61,109 nt of DNA from a bacterium (GTDB lineage Bacteria > Verrucomicrobiota > Verrucomicrobiia > Chthoniobacterales > JAFAMB01): contig JBKPCS010000029.1 in the NCBI GenBank assembly GCA_046727495.1, positions 1 through 61,109 of the forward strand. The letters run 5' to 3'. Within the stretch, counting starts at the first letter, position 1. Every line of letters begins with the position of its first letter. This document shows positions 38,854-48,639 of the stretch, in pieces. The position numbers were made by a program, and so were the translations under genes. The notes beneath the pieces were generated by a model. That model saw nothing but the letters and a program-made list of their open reading frames with translations. It made no database searches and was not told where the DNA came from.

Positions 38854-40077
38854 ATGAGTTTGTTTGTTCAAAAATATGGCGGCACTTCGGTCGGCACTAC
38901 TGACCGGATTCTGAATGTCGCTCGGCGCATTTTGGCTACTCAAGCTAAAGGTAACCAGGTGGTTGCTGTCGTCTCCGCGATGTCGGGTGTGACCGATAAC
39001 CTGATTAAGCTGGCTCGACAGGTGGCGCCTCATCCGGCAGAGCAGGAAATGGATGTTTTGCTGGCGACCGGCGAGCAAACGACAATCGCGCTCACGGCAA
39101 TGGCTATTAACGCTCTCGGTGGACACGCGGTTTCGTTGACCGGGGCTCAGGCTGGAATCGTTACCGACGGTGTCCATACCCGGGCGAAGATTGCGAACAT
39201 TACGCCTAAACGAATCCACACTTTGCTAGACGACGGAAACATTGTGATCGTCGCCGGGTTCCAAGGTGAAAGCCTTGAGGGACGCATCACCACCTTAGGC
39301 CGAGGTGGATCAGATCTGACTGCAATCGCTTTGGCGGCTGCAATCAAAGCGGATCTCTGTCAGATATTTACCGATGTGGAGGGTGTTTACACCTGCGATC
39401 CGCGGATTGTAAAGAGCGCGCGGAAACTGCCGGAAATTTCGTATGATGAAATGCTGGAGATGGCCAGCCTTGGCTCGAAGGTTATGCAATCGCGCTCGGT
39501 CGAATTCGCGAAGAAATTCCGCGTATTATTCGAAGTCCGTAGCAGTTTCAATGAAGAACCAGGAACGTTGGTAAAAGAGGAGACGACACGCATGGAACAT
39601 GTGGTTATCCGCGGGATCAGTGTCGATCGCAAACAAGCGAAAGTCACAGTGAGTCATGTCCCGGATCAGCCGGGAGTTGCTTCTCGGATTTTCACCGAGA
39701 TCGCCGCGATCGGAGTCAACGTAGATATGATCGTGCAGAACGTTTCTGCGGCGGGCACGACCGACATCACCTTCACAACAAACACTGAAGAACTGCATAA
39801 GATGGAAAAGCATCTGGATCCGATTGTTCAGGAAATCGGCGCCAAAGGATTTGTCGCGCAGGGCGGAGTGGCAAAGCTCAGTGTTGTCGGAATTGGTATG
39901 CGGTCGCATTCCGGCGTTGCTGCCCGGATGTTCGAATTGCTCGGCAAAGCCGGGATCAACATTCAGATGATCAGCACATCGGAGATCAAAATTTCTGTGA
40001 TCGTCGACGAGGACCGGGTGGATGAAGGAGCGAACATCATCCATGCCGGGTTTGGGTTGGATTTTGCGCAGCCGTAG
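38854..40077 (+). CDS. lysC: Aspartate kinase
   Basis: From the ATG at 38854: 'LFVQKYGGTSVGTTDRILNVARRI', 'GRGGSDLTAIALAAA' and two C-terminal ACT domains. Confidence 0.9.
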   Translation: MSLFVQKYGGTSVGTTDRILNVARRILATQAKGNQVVAVVSAMSGVTDNLIKLARQVAPHPAEQEMDVLLATGEQTTIALTAMAINALGGHAVSLTGAQAGIVTDGVHTRAKIANITPKRIHTLLDDGNIVIVAGFQGESLEGRITTLGRGGSDLTAIALAAAIKADLCQIFTDVEGVYTCDPRIVKSARKLPEISYDEMLEMASLGSKVMQSRSVEFAKKFRVLFEVRSSFNEEPGTLVKEETTRMEHVVIRGISVDRKQAKVTVSHVPDQPGVASRIFTEIAAIGVNVDMIVQNVSAAGTTDITFTTNTEELHKMEKHLDPIVQEIGAKGFVAQGGVAKLSVVGIGMRSHSGVAARMFELLGKAGINIQMISTSEIKISVIVDEDRVDEGANIIHAGFGLDFAQP

Positions 40078-40160
40078 GAGTGGGTCCTACGAGAGCAGGA
40101 AAGTCCGCCAGCGAATCCGCGATCAGGTCCGGATCAATCTTCGTCTTCTCTTGCTCACAT

Positions 40161-41099
40161 TCAGACACGAACGAACAAAAGAAATTCCGGATTGTCCTCG
40201 AGATCCTTGATGAATGGCCTGCCAACTATCTTACCGTCATCCTTACTGAAGCGAACAACTCGATTCGACAGGCGGCTTGCCACATAAAAATCGCCATCTT
40301 CTCCAAATGCCATCCCAGCTGTCCCATTCAGATGCCCAGTCCCTGATGGTACCAGCATTGAGCAGATCTTCGTAGTAAAGTCATAGCAGGCAACAGAGTC
40401 ATTGCCGCCGTTTCCGATCAGCAGCAAATGTGTTGTCGGATCCAAGGCTAAATGGATCGGCTTCGACAATTCCGGTGATTGAATAACATCAACACGCTCG
40501 CCGCTGTTCAGTTCGTAGATCATCACCGAATTGCTGTCACGATCGGCGACGTACAAGTGCCCGTCTGGGCCGATAGCCAGGTCTCGCACTACTCCCACGC
40601 CGGCTTCCCACCGCTCTGCTGAGGGAACAAACTCGCCTGGGAAAGGTTCGTTAATCTCTCGAATAGCGTCCGGTAAAGGCATCGGCGAACCGGGGTGCTC
40701 GGCATCGGGGCCATGATATCGCGAAATACAATTGGTATCTTGATTGGAAACGTGAAGATGACCGGCCGGTGAGAACGCAAAGTTGAATGGATGGAGCAGC
40801 TGCGGATTGTGCTCCGGGTGGTGAGTGACGAAAGCGTTTAAAAAGTCATGCTGTCCGTCCGGATTAGGCTTGCCCGAAAACCGAAGAATCTGGCTCGCTT
40901 TGCGGTAGGCGTTGACGACGTAGAGATTCTGGTCAGGCCCGAAACCAAACCCACGCAGCTCTCGCAACTCGATGTGGTCTGGCAAGCTTTTTCGATTTAA
41001 CGCTTTGCCCAGCTCTTTTCCCTCCTCGGAATAGACGTGGATATTGTTGCGAGAGTTATGCTCAGTTCCGCCGTGGAAGCTCAGATACCAGACATTCAC
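40161..41099 (-). CDS. NHL-repeat beta-propeller protein
   Basis: Recurrent NHL-type blades: 'LYVVNAY', 'HLHVSNQDTNCISRY', 'HLYVADRDSNSVMIYE', 'LLIGNGGNDSVACYD' and 'FYVASRLSNRVVRFS'. No signal peptide. Confidence 0.6.
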   Translation of the reverse strand: MNVWYLSFHGGTEHNSRNNIHVYSEEGKELGKALNRKSLPDHIELRELRGFGFGPDQNLYVVNAYRKASQILRFSGKPNPDGQHDFLNAFVTHHPEHNPQLLHPFNFAFSPAGHLHVSNQDTNCISRYHGPDAEHPGSPMPLPDAIREINEPFPGEFVPSAERWEAGVGVVRDLAIGPDGHLYVADRDSNSVMIYELNSGERVDVIQSPELSKPIHLALDPTTHLLLIGNGGNDSVACYDFTTKICSMLVPSGTGHLNGTAGMAFGEDGDFYVASRLSNRVVRFSKDDGKIVGRPFIKDLEDNPEFLLFVRV

Positions 41100-41218
41100 A
41101 GGTCGCAGCTCGGTTTACAGGATTAAAGCATCGTTTACGAATTCCGATCAAGAACCGCCTTTTCATGCTTTCGGGTGATATACTCCGCCGGCCCACGGCA
41201 TTAGACTCGCCAGGCAGT

Positions 41219-42622
41219 ATGAGAGCTCTAATCGTTTCCGGAGCTGGTCCGCAGCGCCGGCTTGCTGTTCTTGTTTGGTTCCCGTCTATCTTTCTCGCTG
41301 GGAACTTGGTAGCCCAAACTCCTGATCCGTACGAAGGTTCCCTCGATCGCAGCGCCGCCCGAGGGACGCGAATCGTTGAATTTAGTGTACCAGGCAACAG
41401 ACCCGCGGAAATCGGTGTAGTACCGAAACACCTGCCATTCGGCGATTATCGAGGCGAGAGCGGATCGAATGACACCGCAGACGAGCAGGAACTAGTCCGC
41501 TACGATTTCTACAAATCCGGTACGACGAAACAGGATGGGGCGGTCGCAATATGTCCAAAGAATACCAGTACGAGTGCCGCAGTTGATGTGTGCCTGGTTC
41601 CGGATGATGCGCCAAAATCTGGACCGGAAACAGCTGCACACTGCGCCGAAGTGCTCAAATCAGGTAAGAAGCTGGCAAAATTCAAGCAGACCGACAATGT
41701 CTTCACCACAACCAGCACAGCGGCGATCCTTGGGTACTATCACGTGTCCCGGGTTCTCGGTGATATCTGCGAGATTGAACCAGGCGTGCTCCGGACAATG
41801 GATATCGAGCAACATAAGCGACTGGTAAAAATGGCGGCAGACCTTGGGATTCACGGAACAGTTCGGAAAAGTTGGGACCTGTTTAATCGGTACTACGCGA
41901 ATCCGAGCGCATCATCCGTGGCACGAACGCTCTTCACCAAAGATTTCACGCAGATCTATGGTGCACTGGAGAAGCATCCGCGCGGCGACGAGCACTACGC
42001 CGAATGGTTACGAGTAGGGTCCAATCTGAGCGCCACACGCGCGTTCGCGAACATGGCGGATTCGCGTCCGATCCAGTCGATTCTCGGTTCACGAGAATTC
42101 AACCAGGCTAATGTTCAAGCTCTGGTGGCAATCCGGGACATGAGTGAAATGATCGTGCTCGATTACCTTTTGGCTCAATCCGACCGGCTGACAGGGGGCA
42201 ACATCAGCGATCTGCCAACGATTTACTATCAGGACCAGGGAAAGATTAAACGTACCCGCAAAGCAGACGGCGTCCCCAACGGCGCGAAGTCGGTAACGGT
42301 TAAGAAACTGATTATTGTCGACACCGATGCCGGGCTGCTGAACCAGAACGTGTTCGAGCAGAAAGGTTATTTAACCCGGATCTCGCATATGCACCCGGAC
42401 ACCTTCGCGCGGTTGATTGATTTCGCGCAGCGTTGGAAGAGCGATCCCTCTGTCAAAGCCTTCTTTCACCAGGAATGTACGTTCAGCAACGCTCAAGTGG
42501 CGCGCTTTGAAAAATATCTGTTGAACGCTGCTTCCGTGCTGCAATCCCGGAAAGATCACGGTCAACTGCGGCTTGATCTATCGCTGGACGATTTTTTTGC
42601 ATCGCAACCTCCGCCTGCCTGA
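41219..42622 (+). CDS. Secreted hypothetical protein with a FAM20/Four-jointed-like atypical kinase motif pattern (tentative)
   Basis: Signal peptide 'MRALIVSGAGPQRRLAVLVWFPSIFLAGNLVAQ'. Ordered motifs are 'LAKFKQ', 'AAILGYYHVSRVLGD', 'DMSEMIVLDYLLAQSDRLTGGNI' and 'LIIVDTDAGL'. They parallel FAM20C 'AVFKP', 'EIAAFHLDRILDF', 'DMTIFDFLMGNMDRHHYE' and 'IIHLDNGRGFG'. Confidence 0.45.
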   Translation: MRALIVSGAGPQRRLAVLVWFPSIFLAGNLVAQTPDPYEGSLDRSAARGTRIVEFSVPGNRPAEIGVVPKHLPFGDYRGESGSNDTADEQELVRYDFYKSGTTKQDGAVAICPKNTSTSAAVDVCLVPDDAPKSGPETAAHCAEVLKSGKKLAKFKQTDNVFTTTSTAAILGYYHVSRVLGDICEIEPGVLRTMDIEQHKRLVKMAADLGIHGTVRKSWDLFNRYYANPSASSVARTLFTKDFTQIYGALEKHPRGDEHYAEWLRVGSNLSATRAFANMADSRPIQSILGSREFNQANVQALVAIRDMSEMIVLDYLLAQSDRLTGGNISDLPTIYYQDQGKIKRTRKADGVPNGAKSVTVKKLIIVDTDAGLLNQNVFEQKGYLTRISHMHPDTFARLIDFAQRWKSDPSVKAFFHQECTFSNAQVARFEKYLLNAASVLQSRKDHGQLRLDLSLDDFFASQPPPA

Positions 42623-42684
42623 TTCGTCCTGGAAAAGGAAAAGTCTCTCTCCGTTCCCACCCTGCCATTGTCGCGCTGGGTTTC

Positions 42685-42711
42685 GGCGGCAGCAGGGCCT
42701 GCCGCCCTACA
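42685..42711. repeat. REP-like hairpin ggcggcag-cagggcctgccgccctaca
   Basis: A second copy of the element at 7049-7077. Confidence 0.6.
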
Positions 42712-42779
42712 GCGCACAACGGCATAAGAAAAAGTCTGCGTAATCGGCGAAATCTGTGGTTCTTTCTGCGTATTCTCTT

Positions 42780-44153
42780 ATGTGGAAAGGACGGTTTAAA
42801 CAGTCGACGGCCCCAGCGGTGCAACGATTCACGGAATCGGTGTCGTTCGATTGGCGGCTTTATCCCTATGATATCCAGGGATCGATTGCGCATGCTGCAG
42901 CCCTGGAAAAAGCGGGGTTGATCGATCACGACGAATTCCAACAGATCAAGGCCGGTCTCGAGGAGATTCGCCAGGAAATCGACGGTGGAAAATTCGCGTT
43001 CCAGGAAACGCTTGAAGATATTCATATGAATATCGAGGCAGCCTTGACCGCAAAGATCGGAGCTGCAGGCGCGAAGTTGCATACAGCCCGGAGCAGAAAC
43101 GATCAGGTCGCGCTAGATCTACGGCTTTATCTCCGGGCGGAAACGGATGTTATCCAAGGACTGATTCGTAATTTTCAACGCACCCTGGTCGATCTGGCGA
43201 TGGTGCACCGGGAGGTGATTTTACCAGGCTATACTCATCTGCAACGAGCGCAGCCCGTGTTATTCGGGCATTATTTGCTAGCTTATGTAGAAATGTTCGA
43301 GCGCGATTTCGACCGGCTGGCTGACGCGCGAAAACGGATTAACCGGATGCCGCTCGGGTCAGGAGCGATTGCCGGTTCAACCATTGTGCTGGATCGCAAT
43401 TATATTGCCCAACTGCTGGACTTTCAGCAGGTAACGGGGAACAGCATGGACGCGGTCAGCGACCGGGATTTCGTTGCAGAATTCTTATTCGTTCTTTCCC
43501 TGGTTGGAGTGCATCTTTCCCGTCTGAGTGAAGATTTGATCCTGTTCGCTTCTTCCGAGTTTCAGTTTGTCAGGTTGAGCGATGCCTACAGTACTGGTTC
43601 AAGTCTGATGCCGCAGAAAAAGAATCCGGACGTGTGTGAACTGACACGCGGCAAAACCGGGCGCTTGATTGGAAATCTCGTCTCGTTGCTGAGTGTTCTG
43701 AAGGGTCTGCCGATGACGTACAACCGGGATCTCCAGGAAGATAAGGAAGTAGTCTTTGATTCAATTGATCAGGTCAAAACCGCTCTGGAAGTTTATGCCG
43801 GCATGTTATCCGAGATGGAGATTGTCAAAGAGCGGGCTCGGTCGGCAGCGGATGATCCTGGACTGCTCGCGACGGATCTCGCTGATTACCTGGTAATCCG
43901 CGGCGTGCCGTTCAGAGAGGCGCACGAGGTCATTGGTAAATTGGTGGCCTACTCGCTTGAACAACGACGAGGGTTCGCCGAGCTGCGTCTAGAAGAATTC
44001 CAGCAGTTCAGCGACCGATTCGGGTCCGACGTGTTCGAAAGCCTGGACCTGGATCGCGCAATTGACCGGAGAACCGGCATCGGCGCGCCGTCACGAAAAA
44101 ATGTTGCGGCCGAATTGGAAAGATGGGACGCAGTTCTCCGTGAAAGAGCATGA
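42780..44153 (+). CDS. argH: Argininosuccinate lyase
   Basis: From the ATG at 42780: 'MWKGRFKQSTAPAVQRFTESVSFDWRLYPYDIQGSIAHAAAL', 'TARSRNDQVALDLRLY' and 'GSSLMPQKKNPD'. Confidence 0.9.
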   Translation: MWKGRFKQSTAPAVQRFTESVSFDWRLYPYDIQGSIAHAAALEKAGLIDHDEFQQIKAGLEEIRQEIDGGKFAFQETLEDIHMNIEAALTAKIGAAGAKLHTARSRNDQVALDLRLYLRAETDVIQGLIRNFQRTLVDLAMVHREVILPGYTHLQRAQPVLFGHYLLAYVEMFERDFDRLADARKRINRMPLGSGAIAGSTIVLDRNYIAQLLDFQQVTGNSMDAVSDRDFVAEFLFVLSLVGVHLSRLSEDLILFASSEFQFVRLSDAYSTGSSLMPQKKNPDVCELTRGKTGRLIGNLVSLLSVLKGLPMTYNRDLQEDKEVVFDSIDQVKTALEVYAGMLSEMEIVKERARSAADDPGLLATDLADYLVIRGVPFREAHEVIGKLVAYSLEQRRGFAELRLEEFQQFSDRFGSDVFESLDLDRAIDRRTGIGAPSRKNVAAELERWDAVLRERA

Positions 44154-44727
44154 TGACTGGCAAGTCCTCGATACGAGGTCCCTCTTCAAGAATTCGTATG
44201 TCGAGGTTTTCCAGGAAAAAGTTGTTCCGCCCGGGGAACATCGCGTCCGCACCTGGACCACGGTCCGGCGCAAGAAGGCTGTGGTAATCGCTCCGGTGAC
44301 GCCCGAGGGAAACGTTGTTCTGATTCATCAAGCCCGGATACCGATTCGAAAGCTCCTTTGGGAATTCCCGGCTGGGCAAGTGGATGATTCGATGGAACCG
44401 GACATGCCTCTGCTCAAAGAGACGGCGTTACGCGAGTTGACTGAAGAGACGGGATATGAGGTCGCACCGGGCGGCGACCTGGTCTTCCTCGGACACTACT
44501 ACACGTCGCAAGGATATAGCGACGAGACATGTTATTTGTTCCTTGCTCGGCCAGTGCGGAAAACAGTCGCAGGTAGCAACCACGATGAAAGCGAATCGAT
44601 CGTTGAATGCCGTGAATTCAGTTTTACGCAGCTCCGCGAAATGATTGCGGACCACGTAATCCAGGATGCTAATACCTTGGCGCTGTATGCGCGCCTCGCG
44701 GCCAAGGGATTGCTCGCACAAATGTAA
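44140..44727 (+). CDS. Nudix hydrolase (ADP-ribose pyrophosphatase-like)
   Basis: Nudix box 'GQVDDSMEPDMPLLKETALRELTEETGY'. The start is uncertain: GTG 44140 overlaps argH by 14 nt, and alternatives are ATG 44101 or 44062. Confidence 0.75.
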   Translation: MKEHDDWQVLDTRSLFKNSYVEVFQEKVVPPGEHRVRTWTTVRRKKAVVIAPVTPEGNVVLIHQARIPIRKLLWEFPAGQVDDSMEPDMPLLKETALRELTEETGYEVAPGGDLVFLGHYYTSQGYSDETCYLFLARPVRKTVAGSNHDESESIVECREFSFTQLREMIADHVIQDANTLALYARLAAKGLLAQM

Positions 44728-44769
44728 AAGGAACCGCAGATTAGGCAGATTCCACAGATTCTTTGAGCG

Positions 44770-45570
44770 ATGAAACTGTCGCAATTGTTCAAGTTCCGGG
44801 AAGGCGAGCATCAGGAAGCGGTAAAGCCGTTCCTGGATCATCTCGAAGACTTGCGCTGGGTCTTGATCAAGATGGCGACCTCACTGATCAGCGCGATGGT
44901 GCTGGCCTTTTTGTTTCGGACGTTCCTGGTGCGGATCCTTCAGGCACCGCTTCGAGCGATCGATCCGAATCTCGTGAGACAGCTTATCTCGCTTGGCGTT
45001 TCGGACTCGATCACAATCTCTTTCCAGCTCGCGTTTTACGCCGGAATCGTTCTCGCGTTCCCGTTCTTGATCTATTTCGCCGGGCAATTCGTTTTGCCGG
45101 CGCTGACCCCGCAAGAACGCAAAGCCATGCTGCCCGCGGCTGCCATCGGATTCGGGTTGTTCCTCGGCGGTGTCGTTCTCGGCTATATTTTTGTTTTGCC
45201 CGCCACACTCCGTTTCTTTTTCCGAGACGCTCAATCGCTTGGTTGGACACCAACCTGGACGGTACGGGACTATTTTTCGTTTGTGACGCAGCTTTGTGTC
45301 GGATTCGGCGTAGCATTTGAGTTACCGGTCGTAGTGCTCGTACTCGTCAGGCTGGGAATCTTGTCTGTTGCACTTCTCAAACGGACCCGCGCCTATGCAT
45401 TCGTTCTCGTCTTTGTCGCAGCCGCCTTTCTTGCTCCGACACCTGATGCGTTATCGATGCTGATGATGGGTGGACCGATGTATCTGCTTTACGAGATCTG
45501 CATAGTCGTGGCGACGCTGACTGAGCGGAAACGGAAACGGGAAGAAGCGAGCAGCAACGTGTCGGCGTAG
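44770..45570 (+). CDS. tatC: Twin-arginine translocase subunit TatC
   Basis: 'FLDHLEDLRWVLIKMATSLI', six hydrophobic helices and 'LPATLRFFF'. Confidence 0.9.
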   Translation: MKLSQLFKFREGEHQEAVKPFLDHLEDLRWVLIKMATSLISAMVLAFLFRTFLVRILQAPLRAIDPNLVRQLISLGVSDSITISFQLAFYAGIVLAFPFLIYFAGQFVLPALTPQERKAMLPAAAIGFGLFLGGVVLGYIFVLPATLRFFFRDAQSLGWTPTWTVRDYFSFVTQLCVGFGVAFELPVVVLVLVRLGILSVALLKRTRAYAFVLVFVAAAFLAPTPDALSMLMMGGPMYLLYEICIVVATLTERKRKREEASSNVSA

Positions 45571-45583
45571 AGGAAAGGACAGT

Positions 45584-45722
45584 GGGCTGCGTTCACGCGC
45601 TGGGCGGTCGAGCTGGGAAGCTCAACCCACGGTGAAGCTACCCCGAATGCTTTCGGGGTTCGGTCGGATCCTCCGGATTCATCCGCCATTGGCGGATTGA
45701 TCTTCTAGATCGACCTTCTTCG
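45584..45722. repeat. Structured direct repeat, copy A (flanks the ADP-ribosylglycohydrolase gene)
   Basis: It shares ttcacgcgctgggcggtcgaSctgggaagctcaacccacggtgaagct and gatcttctagatcgaccttct with 46925-47042. The centre holds the hairpins ccccgaatgctttcgggg and atccgccattggcggat. Confidence 0.8.
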
Positions 45723-45801
45723 CCATAAGTCGACGCGCTTGAGCGGCTGCGGGACACCTTGAGAATTTGCGAATGGACGCAATCTGGTGCTAGGAAAACA
45801 T

Positions 45802-46854
45802 ATGACGATTTCTATCCGTGACAGAGCGGCCGGGGCTGTGATTGGTGCCCTTGTTGGCGATGCTCTCGGATTGGGTCCGCATTGATACTACGATCTAGGG
45901 GACCTCAGACGGGATTACGGCGCCTGGATTTCGAATTACACCGACCCGAAACCTGGGCGCTACCATAGCGGGATGAAAGCAGGCCAGTTGGATCAGACCG
46001 GATTGCTCTTAGTACTTCTGCTGCGTTCAGTTGTTGAAAACGGCGATTACAACGAGGCCGATTTCACCCGCCGGTTCGATGAGTTTTTTCGGGAAATTGA
46101 TGGAACGCCGCGGCATGGACCTGGCGGATACACAAGTCAATCGATCCGTGAAGCATTTCGTAAACGGGTCCAGGAAAGGCTCGATTGGACGCAGACCGGA
46201 GGTAATGCGGACACAACTGAGGCGGCTGAACGCTCAATCGTTCTTGCGGCTCGATATGCGTTGGACCCCGGCAAAGTAGCGGAGATGGTCTCCGGGCACT
46301 GCGAGCTCACACAATCTGATCCGGCGATCGTTGCAATGTCTACCGCTTATAATGCGGTACTCGCTCTCCTAGTTTCGGGCGAACCCTTGGATGCGGAAAT
46401 CTCCGACAAATTGATGGGGCTCGTCCGGAAAGGGCGTCTGCCGTTTCAATCCGTTACTCTTCAACCGCCTGTGGCCGGAAAATTCTCATCGCCGGATGCT
46501 CTGGCTACTCCGTCCTACATGGCCGAGACAGCTTTCGATCCCGATATTCGGATTGAGCCAGCCTGGAAAGTCTCTCTGGTATACGGCATGCCCTGCGCCA
46601 TTTATCATCAACTGCCAGCTGCTTACTACCTTGCAGCCAGGTTTCGTGACGATTTCGAGTCGGCTGTGCTCTATGCAGTCAATGGCGGTGGACAAAACAT
46701 GGCTCGAGCCTGCTTGACTGGAGCTTTAGTTGGCGCTCAAGTCGGGCTATCCGGGATCCCAAAGCGATTTGTCGATGGCCTGGAAAAACATGATGAACTA
46801 GTCGCGCTTGCGAAAAGCCTCGGTGGGCTGGCAAGTAGTAGCGCGCCGCAATAA
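45802..46854 (+). pseudogene. ADP-ribosylglycohydrolase-family gene interrupted by an in-frame TGA at codon 28
   Basis: 'MTISIRDRAAGAVIGALVGDALGLGPH*YYDLGDLRRDYGAWISNYTDP...' continues in frame into ORF 45973-46854. The TGA (45883-45885) sits where the family has Trp in 'GPHWYYDL', as I recall it. Confidence 0.7.
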
Positions 46855-46924
46855 CCCGTGGCACCTCAGTGGCAGGCGTTGGATCCCGGCCGCACGCATG
46901 CACGTCGACTTAAGAATCTCAATA

Positions 46925-47042
46925 GGGTTGCATTCACGCGCTGGGCGGTCGACCTGGGAAGCTCAACCCACGGTGAAGCTCGAAGCTTCGGCCGAATCCT
47001 TCGGATTCACCGTGGGTTGATCTTCTAGATCGACCTTCTGTG
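46925..47042. repeat. Structured direct repeat, copy B
   Basis: Nested stems: ggtcga...tcgacc, a perfect 14-bp stem caacccacggtgaa/ttcaccgtgggttg, and inner hairpins cgaagcttcg and ccgaatccttcgg. Confidence 0.8.
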
Positions 47043-47151
47043 CCTTGGCGCCGCGCCGGCACCCCTACGCGAAGCCTTGCGGGCAAGTCTTTGCGCGAGG
47101 AGCCGAGTTGTCAACGGTCGCGTTTCCGACTAGTGTACGCGCTCCCGAGAT

Positions 47152-48516
47152 ATGGCCAAGGTTTTCATAAAAACGTACGGATGCCAGATGAATGAGCGCG
47201 ACTCGGAACAGGTTGCGCAAATGCTGGCCGATCGCGGCCATACCCTGATTACCTATGAGGATGATGCGGACGTCGTGCTGTTGAATACTTGCAGTGTCCG
47301 GGACCTGGCTGAACAAAAGGCCCTCGGCAAGATGGGGACGCTCGGACGACTGTCTCATTCCCGGCCAGTGGTTTACGGTTTTCTCGGGTGTATGGCTCAA
47401 AGCCGAGGAGCGTCTCTGTTGAAAGATGTGGCTCACCTCGATCTGGTCGTCGGGACCCAGAAATTCCATCGTGTAGCCGATTATGTCGACCAGGCGCTTG
47501 AAAAGAAGCGCTTGGAAACCGCGCGACTCGATGATGTGCGGTTCACCATCGTTGACACCGAAGCAGAAAGCGGTTCCCAGGGGACGATCAGGGATCATCT
47601 GATAGATCGGCATCAGGTTTCAGCATTTGTTTCGATTATGCAGGGGTGCAACATGCATTGCACTTTCTGCATCGTTCCATACACCCGCGGCCACGAACGC
47701 AGCCGGTCGATCCGCGAAATCGTCGACGAAGTCCGCCGGCTCGCAGAACGCGGCGTGAAAGAGGTGACGTTACTCGGTCAAATCGTGAATTTGTACGGGC
47801 GCCACGAGTTCGAGAAGGTCGACGGCAAGAGTCCCTTTGTGCAACTGCTGGAGGCGGTGCACGAGGTGCCTGGCATTGAACGAATCCGATTTACTTCTCC
47901 TCACCCGATCGGTTTTCGCAAAGATCTTATCGAAAGCTTTTCCTATCTGCCCAAACTAGTTGAGCATGTCCATCTGCCGCTGCAGTCGGGTTCAAATCGG
48001 ATCCTGAAAGCGATGCATCGAACGTATACGGCGGAAAAGTTTTTCAGCCTGGTTGACCAGATTCGTACCGTGACGCCGCGGATGGCTATTACCACAGACA
48101 TCATTGTCGGGTTTCCCGGTGAAACTGAAGATGATTACTGCCAAACCCGTTCTCTGGTGGATCAAGTCGGGTTCGATAATGCGTTCGTGTTCAAGTACTC
48201 GAAGCGGCGCGATACTCCAGCCACCGAGATGGCCAATCAGGTCCCTGAGCCGGTCAAGGAAGAGCGTAACCATGATTTGCTCGCGCTGGTAAATGAATGG
48301 GCCAAACGGCGCAGCGAGACGTTTATTGGGCATGCTGTTGAAATCCTGTGTGAGGGTCCGAGTAAAACGAACGCAGCGCGGCTTATGGGACGATCTCGCG
48401 GCAATAAGATCGTGGTATTCGAGGGAGACGAAAGATACATAGGGCGCTTGCTCGATATCCGGATTTTGCGATCCACAGGATTTACTTTGTTCGGCCAGGT
48501 AGCGGCAGGTGACTAG
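47152..48516 (+). CDS. miaB: tRNA-2-methylthio-N6-dimethylallyladenosine synthase MiaB
   Basis: 'VFIKTYGCQMNERDSE', the radical SAM motif 'GCNMHCTFCIVPYTRG' and a C-terminal TRAM domain. Confidence 0.9.
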   Translation: MAKVFIKTYGCQMNERDSEQVAQMLADRGHTLITYEDDADVVLLNTCSVRDLAEQKALGKMGTLGRLSHSRPVVYGFLGCMAQSRGASLLKDVAHLDLVVGTQKFHRVADYVDQALEKKRLETARLDDVRFTIVDTEAESGSQGTIRDHLIDRHQVSAFVSIMQGCNMHCTFCIVPYTRGHERSRSIREIVDEVRRLAERGVKEVTLLGQIVNLYGRHEFEKVDGKSPFVQLLEAVHEVPGIERIRFTSPHPIGFRKDLIESFSYLPKLVEHVHLPLQSGSNRILKAMHRTYTAEKFFSLVDQIRTVTPRMAITTDIIVGFPGETEDDYCQTRSLVDQVGFDNAFVFKYSKRRDTPATEMANQVPEPVKEERNHDLLALVNEWAKRRSETFIGHAVEILCEGPSKTNAARLMGRSRGNKIVVFEGDERYIGRLLDIRILRSTGFTLFGQVAAGD

Positions 48517-48597
48517 AGCATCACACCGCTGCAGGGGCGGACGCTAAATCGCGATCGATAGTAGTGCTCCTCCGGCTGGCAGTAACTCTTTGTTAGG

Positions 48598-48629
48598 AAA
48601 TCTGCGGAATCTGTGTAATCTGCGGTTCC
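48598..48629. repeat. AATCTGYGG nonamer array
   Basis: aaatctgcggaatctgtgtaatctgcggttcc lies 10 nt upstream of the ATG at 48640. Related copies are at 42733-42762, 44731-44761 (inverted) and 51181-51200 (partial). Confidence 0.75.
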
Positions 48630-48639
48630 TAATTTTCCA

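Noticed and set aside
45883-45885. Possible TGA=Trp (or selenocysteine) recoding, and TAG read-through at 53615
   Set aside because: TGA clearly terminates other genes in the window, such as thrC and argH, at positions where homologues end. No SECIS-like hairpin follows. Simple nonsense mutations are the economical explanation.
46925-47042. Calling the structured repeat an integron attC site outright
   Set aside because: The R' box reads GTTGATC and does not fit GTTRRRY. The stem lacks the usual extrahelical bases, copy A lacks the stem, and no intI gene is in the window. It is kept only as a hypothesis inside the cassette finding.
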